Below, piece after piece: positions 36,228 through 48,601 of a DNA stretch of 50,116 bases. Made by a program: the position numbers and the translations under genes. Below the pieces are notes generated by a model. The model made no database searches and had not been told where the DNA came from. It worked only from the letters and a program-made list of their open reading frames with translations. Positions within the stretch are counted from its first letter, which is position 1; the number at the start of each line of letters is the position of its first letter. The stretch spans positions 1-50,116 of the forward strand of contig MU271527.1 of assembly GCA_021432655.1 (NCBI GenBank), read 5' to 3'. The stretch is from Atractiella rhizophila (Eukaryota).

Positions 36228-37398
36228 TCAGCCGGACATCCCTCGCGGAGTTCTTCTGACGAAGGGCATGGTTGGCTGAAGCGTTTGGTGAGATGATGAT
36301 AAAGTAAGTGTCCCCAGGCCCTTCAACTGATTTTCGAGCTTTATACTTGAAGTAGACTGGCGCTTAGAGCTGCCACTACTATACTCATCGATGGAATCGA
36401 GGACGGCAATCTCGTAGGTGAGTCGGTGTGTAGACATCCCTTTGGGAAAGAACTCTTGAACTCTTGCTTCTGCCCAGAACTTAACCTTCAGTAAATTCAG
36501 TGCTTCAACTTCAACTTCACTTCACTGGATAGTGTTTGATGCTGGTCCAACCCATCATCTTTGCAACTCCAAGGTGTGCATTTGAATGTCAGCTGTTTTC
36601 AATGCATTTTCGGAAGTTTCAAGCAATCTATCCAAGAGCGAAAATTCTTGGGGCATGACGTTATTCAGACGAAGCGACATCAGGTCTTGAAGGGAGTGAG
36701 TCCTGAGAAGAAAGGAGGTCGGACAAAAGGCTCCACATCCATCCATAAATCGCAGGCTGTTTGAGGCGAAAATTCGTCAAAGCACAAACGGCTACAGCTT
36801 GCAGCGGGATGGTTCCTGGTATCTTGCCAGTGATCTTGAGACAGTGCCGTAGAAATAGTTTGAAATTGCCGCTTTCAAGAAGGCATACGCTGTTGAATTC
36901 AAAGCGCTGGATATGTCCCAATGCCGTCAAAACAGAGAGTAGACGTTCTGGATCGAGCCTCGAGAAGCCTAGGTTGGATTTACCAGCTCAATACTGGGAA
37001 TTGGGAAAGAATCTCAAAGATGCATCAACCTAGCTCGATACCTCGCAGGCTCAGTTGGAGTAATATATAGAATCTCAAAGAGCAATGTGCAGACTTGAAA
37101 ATGTCGCCAATGCGAGTCCAAGCCGGAGGTTCAAGGTCGAAACTGCTTGACGAAACAAGGGTTCCCGTGTGAGAAATAAGAACAGATCGAAATCAAGGTA
37201 CAAATCAGTGACGTCCTTGACTCGTCTGATGGGGCAGTAAGAGCTAGATGGTCCTGGGACGTCAGCCGCATGCCACGCACAATTGGGAGTAGCACATCTG
37301 AAGGGAAAGGAAGACGAAAGTCCAACATTCATCAGTAGATGAGACAGAGAATCTCCCAAAAAAGAAAAATTGAAGTCCAATGAAAATGTGTCCGTCAA
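36228..37398 (-). CDS. Possible lineage-specific hypothetical gene or degraded gene
   Basis: A chain of same-strand ORF fragments (37075-37398, 36661-36930, 36555-36746, 36228-36437) with protein-like composition. No family was recognised and the splice model is unresolved. Confidence 0.3.
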
Positions 37399-37881
37399 CC
37401 TACTTCAATATTCACCACCGTTTTGAACGGTTGGAAGAAAGATGCATGCCTAGCAGAAGAGAAGAAGACTATCTCTTAAGGCGAATTGTAATGATGCACG
37501 TGAGTGTACGTACAAGATCGAAGGACGTGAGGACAGATTGAAATGAGATAAGTGCAGAGACAAGTGCAAGCTAAACGAAGTGAGTACTTCTTTGAGGAAT
37601 GGCGCGCCTGTTGCACTGGCGCCATCAAATGAGATCGTAGTTGTCTACTTCAAGTTCCTGTGTGCAAATCTGCAGCGCACAACGAATCCCCTTCATCGCG
37701 ATCAATGTCATCACAAGAGAACTTTAGAGATCCTATAGAGAACTATGTGGACTTTAATCTCTTCACCGTTTTGAGCTCTATCTCTTTGTCTGCCGTCTTC
37801 TGTTGTTCATCTTGCTGATAATGATGTTCTCTCAGAGCGACTGAAGTCTGATTGTTCTATTCCTATTCCCTGTCTCGAGCA

Positions 37882-38661
37882 ATGCGTCGTACACCCGGAA
37901 TCGCCTCTCTCACACCCCCTTCTCAATCTTCCTACTCGTCCCTGTCGACCTCCATCCTCAACCAACAACTTCAACACCTCCTTACAACACATTCAACGCT
38001 TCAAAAAACCCTGCATGCCTTTGCTCAGACACACCAGAAACGGCTGCAGACAGATGCTCTCTTTCGTCAACGACTCACGGAACTGTGTTTGGAGATGGGC
38101 GTCGATCCCTTGAGTAGGAACAAGGGTGTGATCGAGGGTTCTTTCTTGGGAGTAGGAGTCAGGGAGTGGACCATGGCGCTCGCTGTTCAGGTCGTCGACG
38201 TGTGTCGATCCGAGCGCGGTCGCACCGGTGGACTTATCGAGATAGGAGAGCTGCTGAAACTGGTATCCAAGCTTCGAGGCGAGGATTCGGCACCAATAAT
38301 CGAAGAGGATTTGCGAAGAGCTATTTCCCTCCTTACGCCTTTGCGCACTTACGCAATTTTAACGTTACCATCATCCAATATTACCTTCATCTCGTCCTCT
38401 TCATCTGCCGCTGATGGAGACGACACTACAACTATAATCATGTGCGCGTCAGAATCGGAAGGAGGATGGGTAACGGAAGGGACATTGTGGGAATGGACTC
38501 GTAAGAAAGAGGGAAGACCTTGGACAATTGAAAGGATCAAGCTTGCGCTGGAGGTGGCGGAGGTCATGAAAGGTGTAGTGTGGAGGGATGAAAGGGACGA
38601 AGGAGAGGGAGGCGATAGATGGTGGGTACCAGCTTTGGTGGAATTTCGGGTTTTGCCATGA
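37882..38661 (+). CDS. SNF8: ESCRT-II subunit Snf8/Vps22/EAP30
   Basis: Motifs MRRTPGI, L..FAQTH, FRQ...LCLEMGVDPL, LAVQVVDVC...R.RTGGLI, EEDLRRAISLLTPL, GVVWRD, and WVPAL. Confidence 0.88.
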   Translation: MRRTPGIASLTPPSQSSYSSLSTSILNQQLQHLLTTHSTLQKTLHAFAQTHQKRLQTDALFRQRLTELCLEMGVDPLSRNKGVIEGSFLGVGVREWTMALAVQVVDVCRSERGRTGGLIEIGELLKLVSKLRGEDSAPIIEEDLRRAISLLTPLRTYAILTLPSSNITFISSSSSAADGDDTTTIIMCASESEGGWVTEGTLWEWTRKKEGRPWTIERIKLALEVAEVMKGVVWRDERDEGEGGDRWWVPALVEFRVLP

Positions 38662-38904
38662 GAACGGTTCTCATCTTTGAGACAAAGTGTTGTTGTTGTA
38701 TCTAGATCGATTGTGTTTTTCAATGCGTATTCTGTCATTCTGTGTGCCAATCGTCCATGAAGACTCCCAATACAAAAATGTCACCAGTAACAGAGGATGC
38801 GGCCTATGGCCTTTCAGCTGATCTTTCTTTTGAACGGAACTAGCGCAAGTCAAAGCGGGATGATGAGGATGACAATATTGTCAAACCAGGTGTAAACTGT
38901 GATA

Positions 38905-40354
38905 TTATGAAGTGGTTTCTAAATTGAATGCGTATACATTGCCAGTACCTGCCCACGGCTTCCTCAGTGCCCAGAAGGAATGATAAAGAGAAAAGCAGCC
39001 TACCAGCATCACCGTCTAGAATTACCGTGTTGATAATTGGTATCTCCTTCCCTCCTACGACGTTCAGGATATCCTGCGCAAGTACACCGCCTAGTACTGC
39101 ACAGGTAGGAGTGAAATCGTATGCAGCAGTAATACTTAAAGTCCTAAACAACGTACACTCAATCAGCACAACGCATGGGTGGTGACACAAAAGCTCACTG
39201 AAGTAATGAAGGCGGAAGAAGTGATGAATCCTTAACGCCGTGTCTCGGCAGTGTGACGGTTGCAATTTGGAGTAGTTTTTGCACCGTCTCGTTAGACGAG
39301 AAAGGGTCGTCTGATACCTCTTCCTGCGGCAAGGAGCCGTCATTTTGTCGCTGGTATTCCCAGAGAACTATCGCAAGGTGTCATTTCATGTTGTAATGCA
39401 GGTGAGACAGAATCTACCCAATGTTGCCCAAAGAGACGGAGGAATCTTCTTTAATTTCTTTGCACTCAACTCAAAGCGGTGGGAGAGAGCACTTTCGTAG
39501 GAAACGTAGTCTTGGGACTTCTTGACGGTTATTTTTCGCTTGAGCGACGGATTCGAAGGCGTAGCTTCCTCTTTCTCTCTGAACGCCAAGTGTGCCGTCA
39601 GTGTTGAACAGTGTGGATAGAAGTAAAAGCGCACATTACATATTCGTGATTCAGTAGGTCAGCAAAGATATAGCCATAAACCCCCCAAACTGACGCAGCG
39701 TAAAATTTGACGTGTAACCGACGACAGAGGTTGTTGACTTGAGTCTATTCGTTCTTTGAGCTTTGTTTTCAAACTCACGTCAGAGTAAGGAACTCACGAT
39801 AAGATGAGGATGGGAGTCTGTGAGGCAGACCAGGTTAAATTGTTGAAGAAACTCCTCATTACGTAGAAGAGAAACGTCCGTGAAGGTAGCGATCTCCACA
39901 CGAGGATTCAGAGCTTTAATTCGACTCTGAGCTGCTTCCACCCTCTTTGAACAGAATCAGCTACGCATTCCCCTCAAATTGATGCATACCATCTTCCCTA
40001 GATCCCCTTCCCGGAAGAAAAATCCAGTACCCAAGTCCTCCTCCACCACAGCATTCTCATCAAGGATAGAAAGCCTCCCGATTCCCGCAAGAACCATGTT
40101 TTTGCAGACTTCCGTCGCAAGACCTCGTAGATTAATCACCAAAACAGCTGATGACCGCATCCTGTCATACCGTTTTCAGCGAACGCGTCACATGTAAGTA
40201 AGGTACGAACCGGTTTTGGGCTTCGAGTCCCCAAAGACGGATTTGGCGATCATATAACGCTGCTTCATCTGCGAACAGCTCAGATAGAAACAATGCCGGA
40301 AAATCTCCTACCTTCGTCTATTCTCAGGCTGGCTGCAGCTGTATTCAAGTCCAT
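38905..40354 (-). CDS. AOS1: SUMO-activating enzyme E1 regulatory subunit Aos1/SAE1 (Rad31)
   Basis: Motifs EAALYDRQIRLWGLEAQNR, LRGLATEVCKNMVLAGIG, RIKALNPRV, GYIFADL and PTCAVLGGVLAQDILN. Short protein with no catalytic Cys domain. Confidence 0.9.
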
Positions 40355-42538
40355 AACTGCGTTTCTTCTAGTCCCTTGCTCACAAACTAGATTGTTGCAT
40401 AAAGTTTGACCTGAATATTTGCTCACGTGAACTGCAGAACGACAATTTTCTGCGAACCTTTACATAACCTTTACATCCGCCAAGGCTATTACGTTGATAT
40501 GCAGGAGAGCCAACGCTCGTCTATGAACCAATGAAATGGTGTCCAGCATGCTCACGCAAATGTCTTTGGGTTTCATTCCCAGCTTAAAAAACATGCTCTC
40601 TTCCGTGATAATGAGTGAGTGAGGGGGATTTAAGATCTTGTGAAGTTCAGTGTTCATCGCAAGATTGTTGTAGGCGTCACAGAAGAGGATATGGACCAGT
40701 TCCACCAAACAAGAGGCTTTGTTACAGGGAAATCGAATCCTCATGACAGCTGATAACTTGGACTGATGAGAGGAAGACCTCTTTTCTTTATCGAGAGATG
40801 TTTCCCCACGATGCAACATAATCAAGGTACATAGCCATGTCAGCAAGCTTCGTCTCACTCTAAATCTAGTCCCATCGGGGTAGCCCAGCCATCCCGAAGG
40901 CCATGGATTCATGCCCACAAGAAGGCGGGTTCAAATTTGGGTCTCTATTTTGTCGGTAAAGGACCTTTTCCGCTCGTTTCTGCCAGCTTTCGTGCTCTTT
41001 TCTTCTTCACCTTCACCGTTCTCAGGTGTTAATGAAAGAGCTGATGTGATCTAGGACAAACCGCGAGCGTGCAGAACTGAGCATGTCAAGTGAGCGAACG
41101 CGCGGCTCTGCCCTCACGCTTTCAAGGAATACCTCAAAGAAATACCTCAAGTTCTTCCAAGCAAATCGCAACACCTTAAACATCTGTTCTTCCATCTGCT
41201 TCCCGGCGTAAGGCGGTTCTGGAGTCCCACCGCAAATAACGCGCGTCATGATGATCCTCAACCTGTCAGATTTCTCCTTCACCTACTTTTCGCCGATGAC
41301 CCCGAATAACAATAAATCCATACTCATTTTCGCTTACATGAAAACGACAGACGGACATTTGACCTTTTTAATCCCATTGACAGCTATTTAACGGATTTCG
41401 GTTGCACAAGTGATTTGAGAGATGGAACTCCATTAAATCATTCAACTTCTCTCGTCCTTTTCAGGCCCTCGCTCTCACTTCTTCCCATGGCTCGTTTGTA
41501 TGCATCGTGGTGTTCAGCCAACTCCACACAATGTTATTCATCATGTCATAGGCGTTAGCGGGCATCCTAAATCCCGCAAAGATCCATGCGCAAATTTCGC
41601 CTCACGCTCTGCACCTTGCCTTGCCGTCGACTGTGCACCAGGTCGAAATTGGCAGCAAATTGGTAGCACGCTTAGGATGGAACAACACGCGCCGCGCTCG
41701 CAAGCCGTGCCTCCTTCCGAAATCTCCTTCGCTCCAATTTCTGCCCTGTCCAAGTTTCTGCCTAGAACCTGCCTGACGGAGATGAACGGTGAAACTTGCG
41801 TTGCCGGCTTTTTTTGCTCATTCTTCATTTCTTCAATGGATACGGCAGCTTGTTCATTGGTTTCGGTTGGTTCGGTTGGTTCCAAGCTAGACTGCCTTGG
41901 ATGCAAGACATGGAAGCCATGGAAGCCACTGCAAATTTGTTGTTCTTTGTGGGAGGGAAGCAGGAGAGTCTTGCGACATTGTGAGAATTTATGGCTGGAA
42001 TTGGATGGAACCGTAGGAAAGGAAGGGCGATTAAATCAATTGATATCCAACGCGAGATTGTGGATTGGTCTCGTCTAGCGGTAACTCTACCATGCAAAGG
42101 CATAGCAATTAGTTCCAGGCCTGCGGATTCGCAACGAACTGAAACTGGTTCTTTCTTCTGATTTCAAAACAAAACTCCTGCTTCTTCCTTTTCGTGATTG
42201 GCAATCGATTCGATTGTTGGTCTGAGTTTTTCTGGGTTAAAAACAGGTGTCTGCTGGTGCTCGGTTTGGGAACGGGTTTAGCGATAGCGGGAAGGAGCGG
42301 GATGGGGAGCAGGCCGAGCGACGATCTGCCTCTGGACGGCGCGATCTGCTTGGATTTTGGCGCGTTGCAATATTGTAGAAGCTGGAGAAAACGCGATAGA
42401 AGCAGTGTAACGCATAGGACCGATAGAGGCTGAGTTGAAGGAATTAGAAAATAGGACGTTGATCGTTGCAGCTTGGTATCTGGGACGCGTCCCGTTTCCC
42501 AACTCCCAAGACTTTTAGCTGGAAATTCTTGGAAGCGC

Positions 42539-42545
42539 TATAAAA
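42539..42545 (+). promoter_or_regulatory. Distal TATA box candidate for PMA1
   Basis: TATAAAA followed by a pyrimidine-rich leader and a GTGAGT donor at 42676. Confidence 0.45.
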
Positions 42546-42787
42546 GACTGGTCACACTATCTCTAGAACCATCACTCGAGCTCACCTTCCCTCTCAACGC
42601 CATCTTCCCTGTATCATTCTCGCTTGCTGGCACCATCAGTTGCCACACACAACACTCGTTAAGTTATTCTTGCCAGTGAGTCACTCTCAGCAATCACTTT
42701 TGTCTCGTTTTGGGCATGTTTTGTGTCGAAAACTCGGCTCCCATTCCGGAGCGCGGCCAGTTTGGGAACCTTGTCTGGCACGCGGTT

Positions 42788-42795
42788 TATAAATA
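42788..42795 (+). promoter_or_regulatory. Proximal TATA box candidate for PMA1
   Basis: TATAAATA followed by a CT-rich tract, ~180 nt upstream of the ATG. Confidence 0.5.
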
Positions 42796-42968
42796 CCGCC
42801 TCTCGTCAACCCCCTTTCCACTCTCCCACGTCCACCTTCGCTCTTGCTAATTTCTCTGCTTCTTAATAAACAGCTCGAGGTCTTTATTCCCGACTTCAGC
42901 TCACAGAGCACCCCTCCTTCCACACCTTTCCTACCTTTTTTTAATCAAAGAAAATTTCGATAGCAACA

Positions 42969-45900
42969 ATGTCGGATCCTGAAAGGGAAACACCCGTGGA
43001 CGAGAAGACCACTGAGATTGAGAACGCGAAACACACTCAGGGTCCCTCGGAAGTAGAGAAGGAGACTATTCAGGATGAGAAGAAACCTGCAGAGGAGAAG
43101 AAGGGGAGGTTCGACGTGAGTTTCCTCGACACGTCCCACCCTCCTTTTTTCTGCGGAGTTAAAATTCAGGTCTGACGTATGATTTTTCGATGCGAATAGA
43201 AAACGTTTGAGGATGAGGAGAAAGGTCCCAAGCACGCGCTCGTCGATATGTCGCAGATCGAGCTGAAGGCTGAGGATTTGTACGATAAGGAAAAGGTTGA
43301 TTTGGAGCAGGTGGAGATGGATGACGTTTGGCAGCTGCTCCAGTGAGTTTTCATTGATTATTTTCGCGAGAGTGGGATTGGAAGAGGTTTTTTTTTTTGG
43401 CCTCGGTCATTGTCGGTCAACGGAGTACTGATGATTTCCCTTTGCGTTCAGATGCGACGAAAAGGGTTTGACGGACGAGGAGGCCAAACGTCGAACTGAA
43501 ATCTTCGGACCAAACAAGCTCGAGTCGAAGGAACAGAATGCCTTCCTCCAGTTCCTTTCGTTCATGTGGAACCCTCTCTCCTGGGTCATGGAGGGAGCCG
43601 CTTTGGTCGCTATCGCCCTTTCGAATGGTGGAGGTCGTGCTCCGGATTGGCAAGATTTCGTCGGAATCGTCCTTCTCCTTTTTATTAACTCTACCATTGG
43701 TTTCTACGAAGAACGCTCCGCCGGTAACGCCGTCAAAGCCCTCATGGAATCGTTGGCTCCCAAAGCCAAGGCTAAGAGGAACGGCGAGTGGAACGAAATC
43801 GAGGCTTCAGAGCTCGTACCTGGAGATGTTGTTTCCTTCAAGATTGGTGACATTGTTCCCGCCGACTGCCGTCTGTACGATGCCATCAACGTTTCTTGCG
43901 ATCAAGCTGCTTTGACCGGTGAATCTCTTCCTTCCAACAAGGTCGTTGGAGACCAGTGCTTTTCCGGCTCTGTCTGCAAGTCCGGAGAGGCTGAGGGTGT
44001 CGTCATCTCGACTGGTGCCAACACTTTCTTCGTTCGTCTTTCCTAGTTCATATTACTCGTTCACTGAACCATTCTACTATGAACAGGGAAAGGCGGCTAC
44101 TCTTGTCGGAGCTGACGATGACACTACTGGACATCTTCAGAAGATTCTTGGTCAGATCGGATCTTTCTGCTTGGTTTCGATTGGAATTTTCGTCATTGCT
44201 GAAATTTTCGTGCTCTATGCTGGTTTCCGGTTAGTAGCCTGATCCCTCAGTCAAGACTAGTTGCTAAAATGCTGTGCAGCTACTCTTACCGCCGTGGTCT
44301 CGACAACATTCTCGTCCTCTTGATCGGTGGTATCCCCATCGCTATGCCCACTGTGTTGTCCGTCACTCTCGCCGTCGGAGCTCAGCAACTCGCGAAGTAC
44401 AAGGCCATTGTCACCCGTATCACCGCTATTGAGGAGTTGGCTGGTGTTACCATCCTTTGTTCCGACAAGACTGGTACCCTCACCACCAACAAACTGACCA
44501 TCGATCGTTCGACCATCAAGCCCTACAACGGTCACAGTGCCGATGAGGTCATCCTCTACGCAGCTTACGCTTCCCGAACGGAGAACCAGGACGCCATCGA
44601 TATGTCGACCATTAGCGCCTTGGGTGAGAACGGAACCGCCAAAGCTCGTGAAGGTATTACTCTTCTCGACTTCAAGCCTTTCAACCCTGTCGACAAGCGA
44701 ACGGAGATCACCTACAAGATCAACGAATCCGGAAAGATGATGAGGGCGACCAAGGGAATGACCGGAAAGATTATCGAACTTTGCACCAGGAACAAGACGG
44801 AGGAGGTTGAGAACCAACTCGAGGAAGACGTTGAGGAATTCGCTCGCCGTGGTCTCCGTGCTCTCGCTGTCGCCATCGAGGAAGTCACTTCTGGAGACAA
44901 AGAGGGAGAAGGAAACGGATTCGAACTCATTGGTCTGCTCTCCATCTTTGATCCTCCCCGTGAAGATACCAAGCAAACCATCGATGACGCTCTCGCTCTC
45001 GGAGTCAAGGTCAAGATGGTTACCGGTGATCAGCTCGCCATCGCGAAGGAGACTGGACGTCGTCTCGGATTGGGTGACCACATGTACCCCGCCAAGGTGC
45101 TCAAGGAAGGACCCCCTGCTGGTGGAAAACACATGAGCTTGGACGACATGATTCTCGATGCCGATGGATTCGCTGGTGTCTACCCTGAACACAAATACGA
45201 AATCGTCAAGCGTCTCCAAGGTCTCGGACATCTTTGCGCTATGACTGGTGACGGTGCCAACGATGCGCCTGCTCTTTCCCGTGCCAATGTCGGTATCGCC
45301 GTCGAGGGTGCAACTGACGCCGCAAGGGGAGCTGCTGATATTGTCTTGACTGAACCTGGTCTCTCGACTATTGTCCACGCTATCAGGCAATCCCGTATCA
45401 TCTTCCAACGTATGAGGAACTACTCCATCTACGCTTGCGCTGTCACCATCCGTATCGTCCTCGGTTTCTCGGTTATGGCCTTCGCTTTCAAGTTCGATTT
45501 CCCTCCGTTCATGGTCTTGATTATCGCTCTTCTCAACGACGGTACCATCATGACGCTCTCCCTCGGTAAGATCCCTGAGCTTCTATTGTTTTGTCTTAAA
45601 CTAAGTCTGATGTAGATCGTGTGCTGCCTTCCAACGAGCCTGATCACTGGGACCTGGCTGAGATTTTCGCTCAAGCCATCGGTTACGGTATCTACCTCTC
45701 GATCTGTACCATTGTCCTCTACGTCGTCATCATCAAAACCAGCTGGTTCGAGGATACCTTCGGTGTTAACCCTGTCAAGGGCAACAACAACCCTGAAGTG
45801 TGAGTTAACTGTTTGCGTGTTATGACCTAGCTCATTTCGAATTCCCTCAGTCACATGATCATCTACCTTGAAGTCGCTCAAATCTCTCAAGCTTTGATCT

Positions 45901-46397
45901 TCGTCACTCGATCTCACGGATTCTTCTTCATGGAACGTCCATCTTTCGCCCTCCTCGGAGCTTTCGCCATCGCCCAATTGATCTCGTCCATCATTGCCGC
46001 TTACGCCAACTGGGGATTCACTGACATCCGTGCAATCTCCGGAGGCTGGATTGGTATCGTCTGGATCTGGAACATCGTTTGGTTCTTCCCTCTCGACCTG
46101 ATCAAATTCGCCATGAAGTACGCGATCAGGGCTTATCACACTCGCGCAAGGCCCGATCACACCGTCCCCATCGACCCCAACACCGGTATTCCTCTCACCA
46201 GGACCACTTCGAGGGCTGCTTCCATCAACGCCAGCTTGTACTCGAACAGAACCGGTTTCCTCAGGAGGGCTCAAAAGACCCTTCACCTCGGTGGCAGGAA
46301 GCTCAAGATCTCGGACAACGAGCTCCGCCGCTTCTCAAGCCACCAGGCTCAAGTCGCTGGAGCGGCACTCACCCGCTCTGGCTCTCGTCCGAATTAG
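42969..46397 (+). CDS. PMA1: Plasma membrane H+-ATPase (P3A-type), multi-exon
   Basis: Motifs [40 protein letters not shown] (phospho-Asp), [23 protein letters not shown] and ALLNDGTIM. Strong codon bias. Confidence 0.98.
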
Positions 46398-47321
46398 ATG
46401 ATGGTGCGAAGAAAGTGGAGTTGATTTTACTCTGTCGGAAGCTCGTTTTCACTTGTATTCTTCCTGTGAACTCTTGGATACCACTTCGTCCTTCCTTCTC
46501 ATATCAATCTCCAACTTGTCTCAAACCTCGTCTCTTTCGTTCGTCTTCTGAGCCTTATATCCTTCCTAGACATCCCTTTCATGATTCGACACGCATATTT
46601 TTTCTTTGATTTTTCATTTTTATTTACTTTTTGTTTCAACGACCCCATCCGACCCCGTTTTAGTCCAATTCTTTGCGAACCACGCCCATCTGGCTTCCTC
46701 TGCGTTGCCCTTGACTGTATGCATAAAAACTAAAGCGAGCTCGCAGTAATAATCATACAATCGCATCGACCAACAATTATGGAGAATTGTTCGCCAAGTC
46801 CCACCTGGTATCGCAGGTTGTACAACGACGTAGCCGAGTTCCAGCATCAGTAGTCGTAACACAGCCGTCAGTCTCATTGGAAGTTGGAAGAAAAGGGAAG
46901 AAAAGGGATGTTAGTGGCGACTGAAGAGTTCCATAATGGAAGTTTTGCTACCCTGTTGATAGATGGACTTCATGACCAATGCACAAGAGTAGAGAGTGAG
47001 CAAATACGTCCGTATGTGCTTACTCCAGTGTGAAAAATGGTTTGCGCCGCTCGGTTTTGTCAGGTAGAAGTGAGCAGATGAATGAAGTCAAGAAGATCGT
47101 TGCGAAGCGACGCAGGCAGAATGAGTGGTTGCTTTCTAGCTTCTCATCCTGCCCCCAAAATGCTGATAGTACAAAGTCGAATCAGTATTGCTTTATACCA
47201 CCTAATGGAGGCCAGCATCGTCATTGTCTCAGACATAGATGTGATGTTCGTCGTAGGAACATGAGAGAGAATCACCCAATGCCTGATTTTTGCTAAATCC
47301 ACCTGTGGCTCATTGGCTCAT

Positions 47322-47926
47322 TTACTCATCGCCCTCCTCTCCATCCTCGTCGTCTTCCTTCTTGCCTTCGTCCCTTTTGGCTTCATCATCTTCTACCTCT
47401 GCCATAATTTGTCGTTTCTAGAATTAAGAGCTCAGATTTATGCCCACAAGTAAATACTATTACTTACCATTTTCACCACGTCAGCTGGAAGAATCACAAG
47501 ATTATCGACTATGGTATGACTCTCTGCTAGCTTCGCGACGCTGTTCCAGCCATCCTTTAATGACCTATGCTCCTTCAGATTGCCTTCCATGCAAGGAGAG
47601 GTGAGATGCACTCTACAGTTGTAAACCCTTGCTTCGCCAATTGTCCAATAGTGAAAGATGGGTCGATGGAAAAGTCGACGCTACCGCACGGCTGCGATCA
47701 GCTGTGGGTCCAACTAAAAAACGAAGGGAACAGCTTGCTCAAATTCTTCAGGAATTTCTCCAGAGTCTACCCACTCCTCCGGAATCGGTACCTCCTTCAA
47801 ACTGCCATCTGTTTCACTGTCAGGATCCGCATAAACCATCATTGTACCTCTTTGCAGCGCGATCTCCACATAATTGCTCAGTTTGAGCATTTCTGGGACA
47901 AGAGGTGTTCCTTCCGTATCAGACAT
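47322..47926 (-). CDS. Small acidic hypothetical protein, multi-exon (start uncertain)
   Basis: Exon-like frames MSDTEGTPLVPEML..., VIKGCWNSVAKLAESHTIVDNLVILPADVVKM|gtaagt, and a last exon KRQIMAEVEDDE...EEGDE* ending at 47322. Confidence 0.45.
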
Positions 47927-48500
47927 AGTAGGGGTTTGAAGTATGTAACGTTTCGACTGCAGGATGACAACCTACTTGCGATTCGAAGGATTCTGAAAGC
48001 TGATTGTGACATGAACCAGAAGGTCAGGTAATGGCATTAAATATCAAACATGATTGTGGACTCACAAGCAGGAAGTGGTGCTCGGTTTCCAGCTAAACCC
48101 CTGGCGCGTCCTTTGTTCACGGGTATCTCACGGTGCGCACTTAGAGAAGTGAGCTGAAACATTGACGACGAAAAGGTTTCCTGGGCGTTAGGCGACAGCA
48201 ACAAGTACTGAGTCAGATGTTCAAAACCTTAGTTTCTGAAGAACTTGGTCGTCCTTGTCTTGACACTTCGACTCCGACTCGACATTTTGCAGAAGGAAGA
48301 CGCGTTGCACTAAGTACCTGAGAAAAATTAAACATATTCAAGGCAGCTGAGCTCCAGTATTGATAGGCTGCATCCTTGTCCATCGCCAGAATCCATATAC
48401 AAATTTGTGCCTATTCGTACAATCCGTTTTCAGCCTGCAGAAAGCAAAACATCAGTCAGTAGAATTCTGGTTGGCAATCGGAGGGGAAGAAAGGAAGTAG

Positions 48501-48582
48501 ATGGAAAGCCTTTCCCGGGTACGGCTTTCGCCCAATCAAGGGTACGAAAGGAAACACGTACCTAACGGGAAAAGCTTTCCAT
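48501..48582 (-). other. Long bulged RNA hairpin in the 3' UTR of the PH-domain gene
   Basis: 17-bp outer stem (one G-U) plus nested stems GGTACG/CGTACC, CTTTCG/CGAAAG and CCC/GGG. Confidence 0.75.
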
Positions 48583-48601
48583 TTACACACGTTCGAAATA
48601 A

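Noticed and set aside
40460..42500. ORFs 40460-40918, 41022-41282 and 41500-42078
   Set aside because: No recognisable family or consistent splice model. The first two may be a degraded or orphan gene, and the rest is likely PMA1 upstream regulatory DNA.
44257..46286. Long antisense ORFs (383 aa and 285 aa) opposite PMA1
   Set aside because: Shadow ORFs expected from the strong codon bias of a highly expressed gene. They show no independent protein features.
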